Below are positions 25,301 to 36,174 of a stretch of 64,000 bases of DNA, piece after piece; positions within the stretch are counted from its first letter, which is position 1; each line of letters begins with the position of its first letter. Position numbers and translations under genes: made by a program. Source of the DNA: Schizochytrium sp. TIO01 (Eukaryota; Protista; Bigyra: Labyrinthulomycetes); NCBI GenBank assembly GCA_004764695.1, contig SMSO01000032.1, positions 5,426,483-5,490,482 of the forward strand, written 5' to 3'. The notes under the pieces were generated by a model. The model searched no databases and was not told the origin of the DNA. It worked only from the letters and a program-made list of their open reading frames with translations.

Positions 25301-25592
25301 TCAAGGATGATGATACTGATTCCGATGGTGGTTTCTGGCGAGTTTGCAATCGTTTACTTTGATGATGCCTCACTTGTGCTTTAGGTTCGACTCGAAACCT
25401 CTTCATCGTAAACGGTGTTTTCGTCGCGGGCTCATCGTCACCATCTTCATCGTCATCATCGCTCGCATTATGTGAGGTGTCACGCTGACCTCGGTTCTGT
25501 GAAGGCACGGAAATAGCAGCATCATCATCATCAATCTCATCTTCATCGTCTTCGATTGGATCATCATTGTGCCAATCGAGCACTCGAGACAT
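22302..25592 (-). CDS. RAD17: Checkpoint clamp-loader Rad17/Rad24 with a long N-terminal extension carrying two RanBP2/NZF zinc fingers, 1096 aa
   Basis: Rad17 motifs include LWCEKHRP...KKRVEEIREW, Walker A GPSGAGKT, ILVVEELP, GDLRSAIQLLQF, HAVGKLL and an acidic IEDI tail. There are two W-x-C-x2-C-x3-N-x6-C-x2-C motifs. Confidence 0.88.
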   Translation of the reverse strand: MSRVLDWHNDDPIEDDEDEIDDDDAAISVPSQNRGQRDTSHNASDDDDEDGDDEPATKTPFTMKRFRVEPKAQVRHHQSKRLQTRQKPPSESVSSSLKVSATEIKGAAKEPKPSALSSSSSISSSTFFAESGFSESLNKHASKTKLPTSTPVIVLDDDDDDDDENIRSHGENARYKSESESDNELIVYNMKDSDDEDHSKDPPPSPARSVSPEVEILSSSQDSSARGSSSSKTHLDFFRSRRREPAKMTPENAEDELSESSGPTQNSCSWKCEKCTLKNPPMALACLLCKRERGKDLKNGKWACEHCTAVNARSHEKCFSCANPRAHISDDNNEDLEDDAYPRRRKGMSVDQLLNQGSKSAGTLLKGDHSLKPVCNIKRAQAVSRFSISGSDESEDDDFYENIPQRNCRHQNSEDKTTSQYDKNSKRSRDDEYSVQRSEKKSNDTKKQLMALSESKKSTSSNDIPQISPVRVAASKARTRSTSYVDVSSSGDDIDAPSHLMKISGMSSKTETPRLQRKHSQTQKMNVTSINPVQQDRSCVEDYAEVNLPNLWCEKHRPECFADLVEALPKKRVEEIREWMREVSAINTNPYQTCLVLHGPSGAGKTLCVEVLAKELGIELREWKSETDRATSLVTSEDGLGLDARERHSDFYIPYVSQLDDFVGFLRTTRFPSLQLGSTKVSAKPLRRSILVVEELPYMKSPEKKEAFQRALQAQSRSHHPMIIIYTSHGETANPNTLRRLYSEDVMSAHSTLSLGLGRVPPGRLTRVLTKVRNSENIAVPESVLLDIVLRANGDLRSAIQLLQFYSIGGEPADSEKGLGKRRRKSPVTSFSVHALEKQLKKYGTEQTNSVHQIGSDDGEEQEDARDTVYSINHAVGKLLRAKTLGEIYDEEKSKAKGRHLKPLQSADRSLLSFDPEQVARACPLDGDALCAFVQFNAPQHYTSIDEIAQALDQLSVADVFAGAGERQDAGVWTYEASGRVFPGAYVTSIASRVVAATRTARATLSFADGKVTRPTVFDVQSRRQEQLENWSSLFRSPPVLELSTAVHSELASFQTLMKICSQSAVNNQPLASSMTSATGPHSIAQELGDDEIEDI

Positions 25593-26759
25593 GCTTACTA
25601 TGTCTACAACTGGTTCTTATTGCAGCTCCAAGAGTAATTTGAAGATTCTACTCGCCCCCCAAAACAGGAACAACTAGTTTGTAGTTTTGTTGTACCTGTC
25701 GTCTTTGTTTTCTTCACCCTCCCCGTCGTTTATTGCCGAGGCAAGTTGATCTTCGCTTTGCAGCCGTCGTTGGGCTGCAACTCCAAGCGTCACAAAACCA
25801 GCTCTGCTGCTGCCTGCGCTCCAGTTTACTTGCGTTATGAGACTGCAAACACCGCGGAATGCGTCCCCGCCGAGTTTGACCCGCGCTCCGCGAGGCTCCA
25901 AGCACGGCGGAACGAAGCGTCAAACCTGAACGGGTTTCGCCCAAAGGGTTTTGCTGACTTAGGAAATAACCACACTCCTACTCGACCTACTATATTGTAT
26001 TTTTGATAAGAAAATCTACGATAAAGAAAGCGGAAGTGCCTTAGCAACCAAGATACTCAAGACAACTAATGGCATGGAAAGCGAGCAAATTCTTTTGATC
26101 AGCTAGCTTGATTCAGTATGGCACCAAAGTCATTGAGTTTATTGCACAGAGAAATGGTGTATTTCTATTTGTGACGACGGGTGGTGCCAACCATCCACAA
26201 GCGATTCTTCAAGCATATTTTTATTGTGGCTTATCAAAACTTTATGGAGAAGTTAGCAATAGAGAGCGGTAACCTTAACACAAATCAGTGTTGAGAGCGC
26301 TTGCAGAATACAGAAGAATAACTCTAATACACAAGTAGCATCATCCTATCATCGTGTTCCAAACAGGCCAACGGCCGTTAAGAAAACATGAATCTGACCA
26401 CCGTGAGAGATGGAGGTGGGAAAAATCTGAGCAGCACCTTAAATTGAAAAAAAATGGGTTTGCAATAAGTTAGAAGTATATATTAAAAAGAATTGAATAC
26501 CTAGTACCCAAGAAAGGCGCATAAGCTGTGGCCATCCTACTTTGACTTTAGGAGTGTTGGCTGGTAAGGGGGGTATTGATCGCTCTTGTTTGCTTAGTAT
26601 GAGTAGAGCGCAACAAGTGTCAGGAGATGATGACTAACTCATCGTTCTATCTCGTGACAGAGATGAAAAACAAAATAGACTGATAGCTCCAAATCTAGGA
26701 ATGATGCAACACATCAGCAGGGTGGTATGGGACATCTCATCGAGGTTTGAAGTGGCTGA

Positions 26760-28457
26760 TCATTGATTTTGGGTGCAGAGCTGGCCATAACTTGCCGCTG
26801 ATCGAGACTGGTAGCCTAGGCGACGGAGGCGGGCATCACGCCGCTCACGGTCAGCATTTTCGCAAGCCTCGTCATGACGCATATCGAGTAGTTCAAGAAA
26901 GGGAATTCCACGATAAACAAAGACTTGCCGATGTTCACGTTGCCAGTTCCTTATTGCGGCTCGCACGTGACGCTCAATACGAAGGCGCTCCCGTGAGAGT
27001 GCCAGTGCATTGCGATTGCGCTCATCCTGGCTCAAATATGCTGCACTTCGATCTGTGGATAGCTCCCTTTCGCGAGCAAACACAGACTCAAGTTGTCTAG
27101 CTAGGCGTATCGGCTTTGACGAATCTGGCTGCGAGCGCAATCGACGCTTAAGACGCTCGAGCTGATCAATAATATAAAGCGGGCGAGCATCATTTGGGAT
27201 TTCATCAAGTTGCGATAGAATATCGAGCCGCTCACGAAATGAAATGCAAGCCTCATCCCAAGCATTGATAAGGCGTTGATCGGTACGGTTCTTATTGTTA
27301 AGCAAAAGATGCTGATGGAAAGAACGTTCTGCCGCAAGCTCGCTTTCCCATTCTCGATGAATAGGTGATTCTGAATGAGCGCTGGGTAGAGAAACATCAC
27401 ACGGAGTGTGGTTGTCATGGCGGGGTGATGGCTTTTGAGAGCGCGGACTTGGCGACTTTTGATAAGAAAGCGAAGATATTTGGTGTTGTTTTGAGTTTGA
27501 TTGTCGACGAATCTCTTGCAGAAGCTCAAAGCTGGACATTGAATTCTCAACACGAGGAACAGTTCCTTGAGAATCCTCCACTGCATCCACAGGTGCGGGC
27601 CTTTCCTCTTTTCGCTCATGTGTCAGCTCTTGAGCTTTAGGGAATCTTGAAGAGAGGGGGGATGTTGCGGACGAGGGTGGCGTTGCTTCAATCAGCGTTC
27701 TCTGTGTAAGCGAAATATCAACTGGAGGAGGCGCTTGTGACCTGAGAGAGATGTTTGTACTTGCGGGTCGAGGACGATTAACTGGAGAGGCTGGTCTAGA
27801 GTGATTTGTCTCCGACTTTGTTTCTTCTCGCTCCTGAAAATGAAATGATGAAGGGGACAAAGGCGGCTGAGTTTGTTGATCAACGCCAAGAAGCACGAGT
27901 GCTTCGATTCTTGAGTGTGCAGTCTCCAGCTCCGCACGAAGTCTGGCTGCCTCGTGGCGTGCCTTTTCCAAGTTTGTTTGAACCTCCCGTCGCTCAAGTT
28001 TCTCTGTTTGTAGTTGTTTTTGTGCAAGCTTGAGTGCGTGATCCCTGTCCCTAACCTTTATTCGGAGTTCTGTTATTTCTTCCTCGCGTTCACGGAGAAG
28101 CTTTTCAATATCTCGTGCGCGTTCATTAGTGCATTTTGTATTATCCAAGGAGTCGCCAGGTTTGGCTGTCGAGTTGTCAAGACTGTCATCAAGCACGCTC
28201 CCAATGGCTGCTTCCCATGCGTCTTGCTCCTGATCGGTATTGTTGAGGTCCCAAGACGGCCTTGCCCTTGCAAAGTGGCCATTTCGCACAACTCCGCGGG
28301 TTGAGGCGTCTCGGAGTACCTCCGAAAGGTCCTCTGCCCACGAAGACTGTTCGAGTCTTCTCCGCGGACTCGTCATGGCTTCAGTCTCTTCGCCAATCCC
28401 GAGCTCCTTATCGCCGGAGCGTAAGGGTGCCTCACCCTGCATGCATCGAAAAAACAT
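26760..28457 (-). CDS. Coiled-coil protein with a C-terminal MAP65/ASE1/PRC1-like (CCDC87-like) segment; first in-frame ATG at 28457
   Basis: The long ORF has a heptad-rich region and an S/P-rich linker. Its C-terminal AWDEACISFRERLDIL...IRNWQREHRQVFVYRGIPFLELL resembles the MAP65 family W-E-x-E-x4-F-x3-G-x2-FL motif. Confidence 0.6.
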   Translation of the reverse strand: MFFRCMQGEAPLRSGDKELGIGEETEAMTSPRRRLEQSSWAEDLSEVLRDASTRGVVRNGHFARARPSWDLNNTDQEQDAWEAAIGSVLDDSLDNSTAKPGDSLDNTKCTNERARDIEKLLREREEEITELRIKVRDRDHALKLAQKQLQTEKLERREVQTNLEKARHEAARLRAELETAHSRIEALVLLGVDQQTQPPLSPSSFHFQEREETKSETNHSRPASPVNRPRPASTNISLRSQAPPPVDISLTQRTLIEATPPSSATSPLSSRFPKAQELTHERKEERPAPVDAVEDSQGTVPRVENSMSSFELLQEIRRQSNSKQHQISSLSYQKSPSPRSQKPSPRHDNHTPCDVSLPSAHSESPIHREWESELAAERSFHQHLLLNNKNRTDQRLINAWDEACISFRERLDILSQLDEIPNDARPLYIIDQLERLKRRLRSQPDSSKPIRLARQLESVFARERELSTDRSAAYLSQDERNRNALALSRERLRIERHVRAAIRNWQREHRQVFVYRGIPFLELLDMRHDEACENADRERRDARLRRLGYQSRSAASYGQLCTQNQ

Positions 28458-28686
28458 GATGGAAAATACCTTTGCACAAGCGCAACCGAAACTTTTCACC
28501 TAAATAAATCAATCAATCAATCAATCAGCTGTTTCACCCTGGGTCCGGTGCGAGATCCACCATTCACTGGTTAAAAAAACGCCAACTCGGTCAACCGTGA
28601 CAGGTACACACCCTGCTCGGAACGAGCGTGGATACTGTGCCGATCAGAACAGAAATTTCAAGATTGACGGCGATCATGAGTTGTGC

Positions 28687-28712
28687 ATGAGTCATGAGTC
28701 ATGAGTCATGAC
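28687..28712. promoter_or_regulatory. Tandem (ATGAGTC)3 giving three overlapping ATGAGTCAT AP-1/GCN4-type bZIP sites
   Basis: The sequence ATGAGTCATGAGTCATGAGTCATGAC lies about 230 nt upstream of the minus-strand ATG at 28457. Confidence 0.35.
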
Positions 28713-29548
28713 GCGCGGGAGGGGTCTTCGGCGGTGGCGATGATGCTGGTCGCCGCCGTCACCGCTGTCGGGTGCGTGGCCCAGCGCCTTCGTTTGTGGC
28801 ACGGGGCTGGCGACCTGAGGGTGGCAGCGAGCGACCACGGCTGTGGGCCACGTGCATGGTTCGAAGACAGACCAGCAAGGTAGCCTGGTCAGCCTTGGAC
28901 CTTCGCTTTCTCTCGAAGCGGGACCCGGAAAGGTGGCTCCGATCCCGACGGGGGCGGGCAGGACGCTCGTGGCCGCGGGTCTGCGCAGCATTGAATTTGC
29001 CGACGGATACAAACAACTCGGACTGACTTGCTGTGTGAGTGTGTTCTTCACAGCAAGTGCCTGCTGTCTATTAGGCACTCCTCGCCGTGGAGCAGGCGAT
29101 CAGTGATTGATCCGGCAGGAAGACCCTTCGAGCCCGCAGGAGATCTCGGGCAAAGGTACCGCCCGTCATGTGAAGCGGTGGATCTCGCCTGCTAGAGAGA
29201 TTCACGCACACAAGTCTCGGATGCGGCCGCTGAAGACTGTACGGCTGCTGCTGCTGCTGATGATGATGATGGTGATGATGGGAGAGTTCGGGCCTGCGGG
29301 CTCTGGAGCAGGGCGCAGGCGAGAGGCAGAGGGCGAGGTTGGTTGGGAGAATCGAGGATTTTGGACATAGGTATAGGAAAATTAGCTTTTGAAGTATGTT
29401 ACATCATTTTAAAAGGAGAGAGTATGTTCAACATTACATGTGTATAGAGATTGGCTGCGCCCACGTAGAGCAGGCTCGCGAAGAAGCAGGCTCAGTGTAA
29501 ACTTGCCAGAGTGACAGTGGCTGCTTCCAGAGCAACCAGCGTCACCAT

Positions 29549-29584
29549 TTTGTTTGTTTGTTTGTTTGTTTGTTTGTTTGTTTG
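29549..29584. repeat. (TTTG)9 microsatellite
   Basis: The run is directly visible. Confidence 0.92.
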
Positions 29585-30015
29585 TTGAGAAAGATTAAAC
29601 ACCTTCCTAATAAGTACAGGGCGTCAAAAAGGTTCTTCTTGTAAAGAATTTTCTTACGCAGGACACTGGTTCGTCATTTTCGTTGAGAATGTAACTGCAA
29701 TGACGAAGTCCAGCAGAGGTCAACAGCGTGAGGCTTTACGAAGCTTCTTGTCTTTTTCATTTGTTTGCTTGGTTTGCCTGCTTGTTTGTACATTTTCGAA
29801 AGAGTAAGAGAATCCATGTTGTGGTCTTTTGCTGCCTACCGTCCGGGACTCCACCATATGCTTTTACCATGGTCAGTGATCTCGAGAACCCCCCTCAAAA
29901 AGTTTGTTTTTGAGATAAGGTGGCTCTGGTCTGTTTTGTTCAATTTAAACTGTTGTAAGCGAAATTGACCAGCCACTCTTTGAAAAACAAGTTCCTAGGA
30001 CCAACGTAGTATCCC

Positions 30016-30717
30016 TCATGGCGATTCAGGTTTAGCACCAGTGAGAGCTTCTCTAATCTCTCGAGTAAGAGCGCCAATGCTAGCGCCTTCGCGTAGCAAG
30101 CGGCGCACGTCCTCTTGAAGCACCGATGTATTGGATGAGCGGTTCTTGGTGAGCTGGTGAGTCCTCGCACGAGAGATTGTGGACTCAAGAGAGTAGACTT
30201 CCTGGTCCTGCTCAGGTTGCTGAAGATCCTCCCTTTCGGGGTGATCTGAGGCATCCTCTTCATCTTTACGCTCCTCTTCAACACTCCGCGTAAGGTCATT
30301 TTTACTTATTTCCAAGTCTTGGTTGTCAATATTTTGACGAAGTCTGGCAAGCCAGTTATCCTCACGGGCGGGAAGTGGCTTTGGAAGTGTAGCAATTCCA
30401 ATCGGCGCCTGGTCAAGATCTTGAGGGCGCAGGATCGGGTTTTTGCCCCGTCGCAGCGAAGAGTTTGCATCTGTTGATTTGAAAATTTCAATCTCCTCGA
30501 GCCTCGCAAGGACTGCATCAACCTGGCGAGCGCTTACGCTCGCAATGCGGTCGATCATGCTAGCCAGCCTCCACGCTACGTTGTACCCTCCACCCTGGCC
30601 GTCCAGCTCAGGTGCGCTTGTTTTGGCCTCCACGACCTCCCCGACGCGGGCTCTTGTGTCGTCGTGGCCGATCATCACCTCCTCCGTTCTCGCCACCTGC
30701 ACGCTCTCACGAGTCAT
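30016..30717 (-). CDS. Hypothetical protein, 233 aa
   Basis: The ORF starts with ATG and has coding-like, charged helical composition. I recognised no domain. Confidence 0.6.
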   Translation of the reverse strand: MTRESVQVARTEEVMIGHDDTRARVGEVVEAKTSAPELDGQGGGYNVAWRLASMIDRIASVSARQVDAVLARLEEIEIFKSTDANSSLRRGKNPILRPQDLDQAPIGIATLPKPLPAREDNWLARLRQNIDNQDLEISKNDLTRSVEEERKDEEDASDHPEREDLQQPEQDQEVYSLESTISRARTHQLTKNRSSNTSVLQEDVRRLLREGASIGALTREIREALTGAKPESP

Positions 30718-33700
30718 CGTGCTCTAGTCTAGTCTCTTGTGTTGTCCTTTGCCCTGACTCTTGCGCGCGTGTGTCTTTATGGGCTAGCTGTCCCTCTTCT
30801 CAAGTGGACTCGCCGCCGACTTGAAGTTCTGTTCGCCGCTCGCGTTATCTGCATTCGGGTTCTGCTTTCCCCAAAAATTCAAACTCAACTTTTCCAATTC
30901 CAATTCCATTTCTATTTTCAAATTCCAATTCCAATTCCAGTCTCAAAAGTTCTTTTCTTCCAAGAAAAAAAAGAAAAAGAAAAAGAAAAAGAGAAGAAGA
31001 AAAACTTTCACCCTCTCTACCCTTTACTAATAAGACTACACTACCGTTATGCGCCAGAGAGTCTCTCGCTTTTGTGCAACTAACAGAAAGGCCATTATGC
31101 TATTGATTGAGGGGAGAACGACTTTTTCTTTATCTTTTCTTTATCTTTTCTTTTCTTTTCTTCTCTTCTCTTCTCGTCTTTTCTTTTTCCTCTCTCTGTT
31201 CTCCTTCTCCTTCTTCTTCCAAAGCTTCCTCGTGGGAAGGAACCCAAGTTGAAACCAGGGTAGAAAGAAGCCTCGCCAGCCCTCGTCTGGGGCTCGCGAG
31301 ATCTCGAGGTGGTCTTGGGGACCACGCCCTGTCTCGGCTGCGACCGCCAGACCCCGCGCCTTTCGCACGTTCGCTTCAGTTGCCGTGCATCATCGAAAAC
31401 GAGACCTTGAAAAACTACCATCGCACTTTTCTACTTAGTTCTCTTTCGCCATATGATTGATTTTGCTCTTCTTTCTTTCTTTAAAGTTAAAACTAAATTT
31501 AGTTAGAAAATGAAGAAGGAGAAGCAAGACTCACTTTAAGCCGCATAGCAGTAGCTATAGGGGCCTTAGCCCCAGAACAGTTTGATAGAATTACTACAAT
31601 AAAGTGAAGTGAATAAAGTAAAGTGAGACACAGACAGAGCGAAAGAGAGCGAGGGCGGGGTCCTATCCGGGGATAGGGATTCGCCTAGGTGGACACCGTT
31701 CTGTTCTCTCAGGAAATCCGTTCTGTGGACAGGTCGGTTGCGCTGTGAGATTTAGACTCTCGTCGTCATCGCGGATGTCTGAGAACCGAGCGCGAAGCCA
31801 GGCCTCGGAAACAGTTCATTCCAGGTAGAAAGCCGCGAATGCGACTGCTTCGGGGCTCAAAGCTGGCCTCGAAGACCCTCGATAAGCCCTCAGGCATGGT
31901 TTTCGCGCATTGGCCAATGCACACACGCGCTGAGGCTGGCTGAGTGACGTGGTCTGTGGAGGTGAACTGGGAACGGGGCACCGGTACCCCACTGCGCCTT
32001 ATCGGCCTTTTAGCGCTCGCTCGTGGCTCTGTCGAGACCAGGCGGGCCCCACTCAAACGAGTTGAAGATGAAGAAGACTAACACAACTAACTGCACCGGA
32101 GCCGCTTGCGCTCGAGGTGAAGATTGAAACAGAGCCGAGGCTCTGAGCCAACCGCCCGCACCCAGCACGAAACCCGAGGCTTCAGCGGTGCAGGCGCACG
32201 CCGAATGGGACCTGCGTTAAGTCTCGTTGCAACCGGGAGGTGTGACAGGTCCCATGAATTTCCGCACGCGCGGTGGATGAGTGAGCGCGCGGGGACCCCG
32301 TGTGTAGTGATAAGTGCACACCCAAAGTGGTTTTTCTGCATTATAACATTCGGTGCACACCATCATAGCGGGTTCCCACATAATGATCCGGGGACTCGAA
32401 GTGGAGTTTCGGGCTAGCAAGAATTTTTTACTTTATTTCCAAAAAGAAAGGAAAAGGAAAAAAAGACGTCGATTCTTTTTTTTAGTTCTCGCTCTTTTCC
32501 TTCGCTTGATGCTGCTGAAGGTAGCATTCTACTAAGCTTTGTTAGGATGATGATGATTGTTTTTAGTTTAAAATGTTTTTAATTAATAGTAGTCGTAGTA
32601 ATAATAATAATAAACTTCGAAGACATTCACAATTAACAGAGGGCTTGTTGACAAAGTGGGGAACTGTGCATCTCACTGGAAACTGGCGCACGACCGCTCA
32701 CCTGCGTTTCGCTTGACTTCTCTAGAGGCGCGTTTCTGGCCGCAGTGTGTGGATCATGGGCGGGGCTGGCTTCGCCTCCTGCGGCATCTTGCGCCGAGGT
32801 CCGCCTTTGTTTGTTGCATTGCCTCCCGATACGACAGCCAAGAGTCACGTTGACGTGAACCATTCTCACGATTTCGTCAACATCCTGAACGAAGGACCCT
32901 GTTATAACTTGGTATTTGTTTTACTCTAATCAAGAAAATCATCAGAATCATCAAAATCATCAAAATAAATAGATGTATGTAAGAGGACTATTACTCTCGT
33001 AATAATAGCAGCAATGGGCCTATATATAAATATATATATAATATTTTAAAATTAAAGTGGTAATTGTATATATAATTAATTAATTAAAGTTAAAAAGGAG
33101 GAAAAGAAAAGGGTGAACATGAACATGAAAATAGGCGATTAAATAGGTATGTATGTACTATCAGAATAAATGATAAATTGGTTTTCTTTTGTTTTGGTCC
33201 GTTTCGTTTTCGAGCGTGCGGCGCGTCGTGAGAACTCGACGTGTACCGTAGCGCGCTCCAGGTTCTTTTGCGAGGCAGCGGCAACCGAAACTCAGGCTTC
33301 GAGCGCCTGGGTTTCGAGCCTTCCGTCGAGGCTCTAAGCTCCAAGCTAGATTGTCGTCGTACGGGGTGGCGGTCTAGCTCTCAAGCTCGCGTCTAGCTGG
33401 AACGAAGTTTGGCGAGGATGCGGCTTCAGCCTGGTCGAGGAAACCATGGTCTTGAAACAACCTAAACGAGCCCGCGTTCTGCATTGGCGCCAAGCTCGAC
33501 GTCATCGATGATGTGCGGTGCAGGCGCCCGATATCACCGCATCCCAGCGAGGCGAAGAGTGGCCAGCCAGTTCGTTGTTCAGACCTGCAGGAGCGAAACA
33601 CAGCAGCCATGCGCTGGAGGTCCTTGAACTAACTGCGATGCTGATGGACCGACCGCCTGCTGCCACTCACTGACTGCTCTGCTGCGTTCTGGCCTGGACT

Positions 33701-35190
33701 AGAACCTCGCTGTCTAGCCGCCTGATGCCAGGAGCGGCGAGATTGGCTGCGGCAACTGCCTGCCGAGAACGAGCTCGCCTCAGCTTGGCAGCGCTTTGGG
33801 ACATTGCTCTTAGGAAAGAGTTCATGCCTCAAGTTGGTCTGACGATCTCGGCTGCCGCTCCGCTCCGCTGACTTGCTTGCTTGTTCCTCAGTCGGATATC
33901 GCGGCGCGGCGACCCTCGTTTCTGATGCCCGGCGGCGGTGCTGGAGGCGGCGGGAAATGCGGCAGCGGTCGAAGGAGGACAGTTCTTACTGTCGAGCGCG
34001 TCGAACAGGAGCCTGAAGTTACCCTGAGCTGGAACTCGGATTTAGATTGATAGACGTGTATCAGCAAGAGCACCTATTGCATCCATCATGTCATGGTGGT
34101 ACGAATTTGATCAAGAGGAAGGAAGCTTGTTTTCAATATTTTAGAGAGATCGTTGTTGTTGTTGTTGTTGCTATTATTATTGTTAATTTAGTTTTTATTT
34201 TAATAAAAGTGCGACCACTTATAACATTTGATAAAGTGGCACCACCCTTGCCGACTCCATCTCTCAATCCTTGGTCTGGACACCGCTGCGCAGACTCTGC
34301 CACAGAGGCCCTTGCCAGGTACTCCTGCCTGCCGCGAAAGCATGGAGTTCACCGAATCCTAAGTTTGCGCATACGCAGAATTGAGGGCTTGGTAATGCTT
34401 GGGCGTTGCAGGGTGGTCAGCGCGTTCACGCTAAGCTAAAGCACCCTAGCTCCTATAACCCAACAACCATAGATAGTATCCCTTTGTGCTGACTGATAAT
34501 AGTGATAGCACCTGGTCCGTTAAGAAAACAAACAGGGACCCATCTTGGGTCGCGAGAGACCCTAAGGAGAGACTATGCAGGGGACAGCAAACAATATCCA
34601 TGTATCTAGACGACCGTCCCGTAAGGGCTAGATTATTAAAAGGAATATGGACATTTATTTCATGCACATTTTATTTTATTTTTTTGTTTTTGTTTTGGTG
34701 CTGGAATGGCCGCATATCAGAACCACCTTTCGCCTGGCCGCTTCTGCCACCACCGCGGGTTCGCTGCTGCTTCCGAGGTGCCTTATCAGAGAATTTAACA
34801 TAAGCTTGGAAGCGAGGATCTACAGGAAGATTCATTGCTTTTGAACTTTAGTCTAGTATTATCAAAGACTTTGGTTACCCTGAAAGATAACGAATTTGTA
34901 GATCAGGCTTTGAAGAATGCAGCGGACGTTGCCAGCAGAATTCCAGTAAAGCGTTGTGGTGAATCCCAACACAATTTCGTGCGCAATGAATTTGCTCGAT
35001 GAAATGATGGTCAAATCGAAAGCCGAAACGAATGTGGATTTGCTGATGTAGAGACTATCTATGAAGTCGTTGAAGTAAAGTCTGTGTCTTAATGGATGCA
35101 TGGTTTGGGCCAATCAGTTGCATATGCCACTGCAATTAAAAAAAGGCCCCGACTTATTTTTTTTGTGAAAATACTCCTAATGATATTTAT

Positions 35191-36078
35191 TTAGAAACGT
35201 GCTAACACAGGATAGCAGTTCACGATTGACTCCTTTTCTTTAGCCTGCAACTTCTCAAACTCCTTAGGGTCTTTATGTTGGGTGGCGCTGCCAAAGTCGA
35301 TCAGATGCGCAGTCTTGGACTCCAGGTTGAGTGCTATGTTGCGCCAGGCGATGTCGCCGTGCAAGACGCCCGCTTGAGCAAGCGATTCTCTGATCGAACG
35401 AGGTGCCCAACCACGATGAGTGACCATCAGCTCTTCCGTTGCAGTTACACCCGAAGAGGTCGTGGCGATGACTACTTGGCTGTAGAACACGCCGCCATAC
35501 ACCAAGAAAGGGATGTAATTTCTGCAGGGGGGGGCTTGTAGAACTCAACTTCTTTGAGAAAAGACTCCTTGCTCTCTGCCAAAACCCAGCTCGGTCAATC
35601 CTTCGAAATTTGCATAGCCTTGACAAAGACGTTCCATGTCAAACCTTTATAGGAAATCCATGGAATCCGAACCATGGCTTGCGCCACAGGCTTAAAATCC
35701 TCGTCCCATGGCAGAGGTATGCTGAATGCCTCCTCGCTCAGGGGTAGGAGGCTGGCGACTCTATTGCGGAGATCCTCGGTCTCATCATCTTCCTGACCAG
35801 ACTGATTGGCCACTCTCTTTATCGTGGATCTGATGAAATCATCGCAAGCTTTTCCGATTATCTTCTCCAAAATCTCGAGGATGTTACTCTTATCGACCTT
35901 AGCTTTCCTGACACATTTGATACAACGCCTGTACTCCAACCGACTGGCTCTCCATGAACGGGTAGGAGAGCCTTTTGTCTTTGTCGTGAAGGATTTTATA
36001 GACGAATGCGGCCATCGCCAGATTGACGCCAACGTCGCCATCATTCTGGATTCCGTAGAGTCCCTTTGAAACCCATAT
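35191..36078 (-). pseudogene. Disrupted atypical protein-kinase-like gene (Crinkler/fungal-type kinase-like)
   Basis: Kinase motifs occur in order: VFVKA, KEVEFYK, IPFLVYGG, VLHGDIAWRNI, LIDFG. They are broken by an in-frame TGA at 35595-35597 and a frameshift at the G8 run 35527-35534, with a further frame change near 35900. Confidence 0.75.
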
Positions 36079-36143
36079 CTAACCTTTCCCGTTACGCTTG
36101 CAGAGTACGTGAGCTCAAACGATTTTAAAACTTCGTACTAAAG

Positions 36144-36174
36144 AAAGAGAAAGAGAAAGAGAAAGAGAAAGAGA
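36144..36174. repeat. (AAAGAG)n microsatellite
   Basis: The run is directly visible. Confidence 0.85.
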
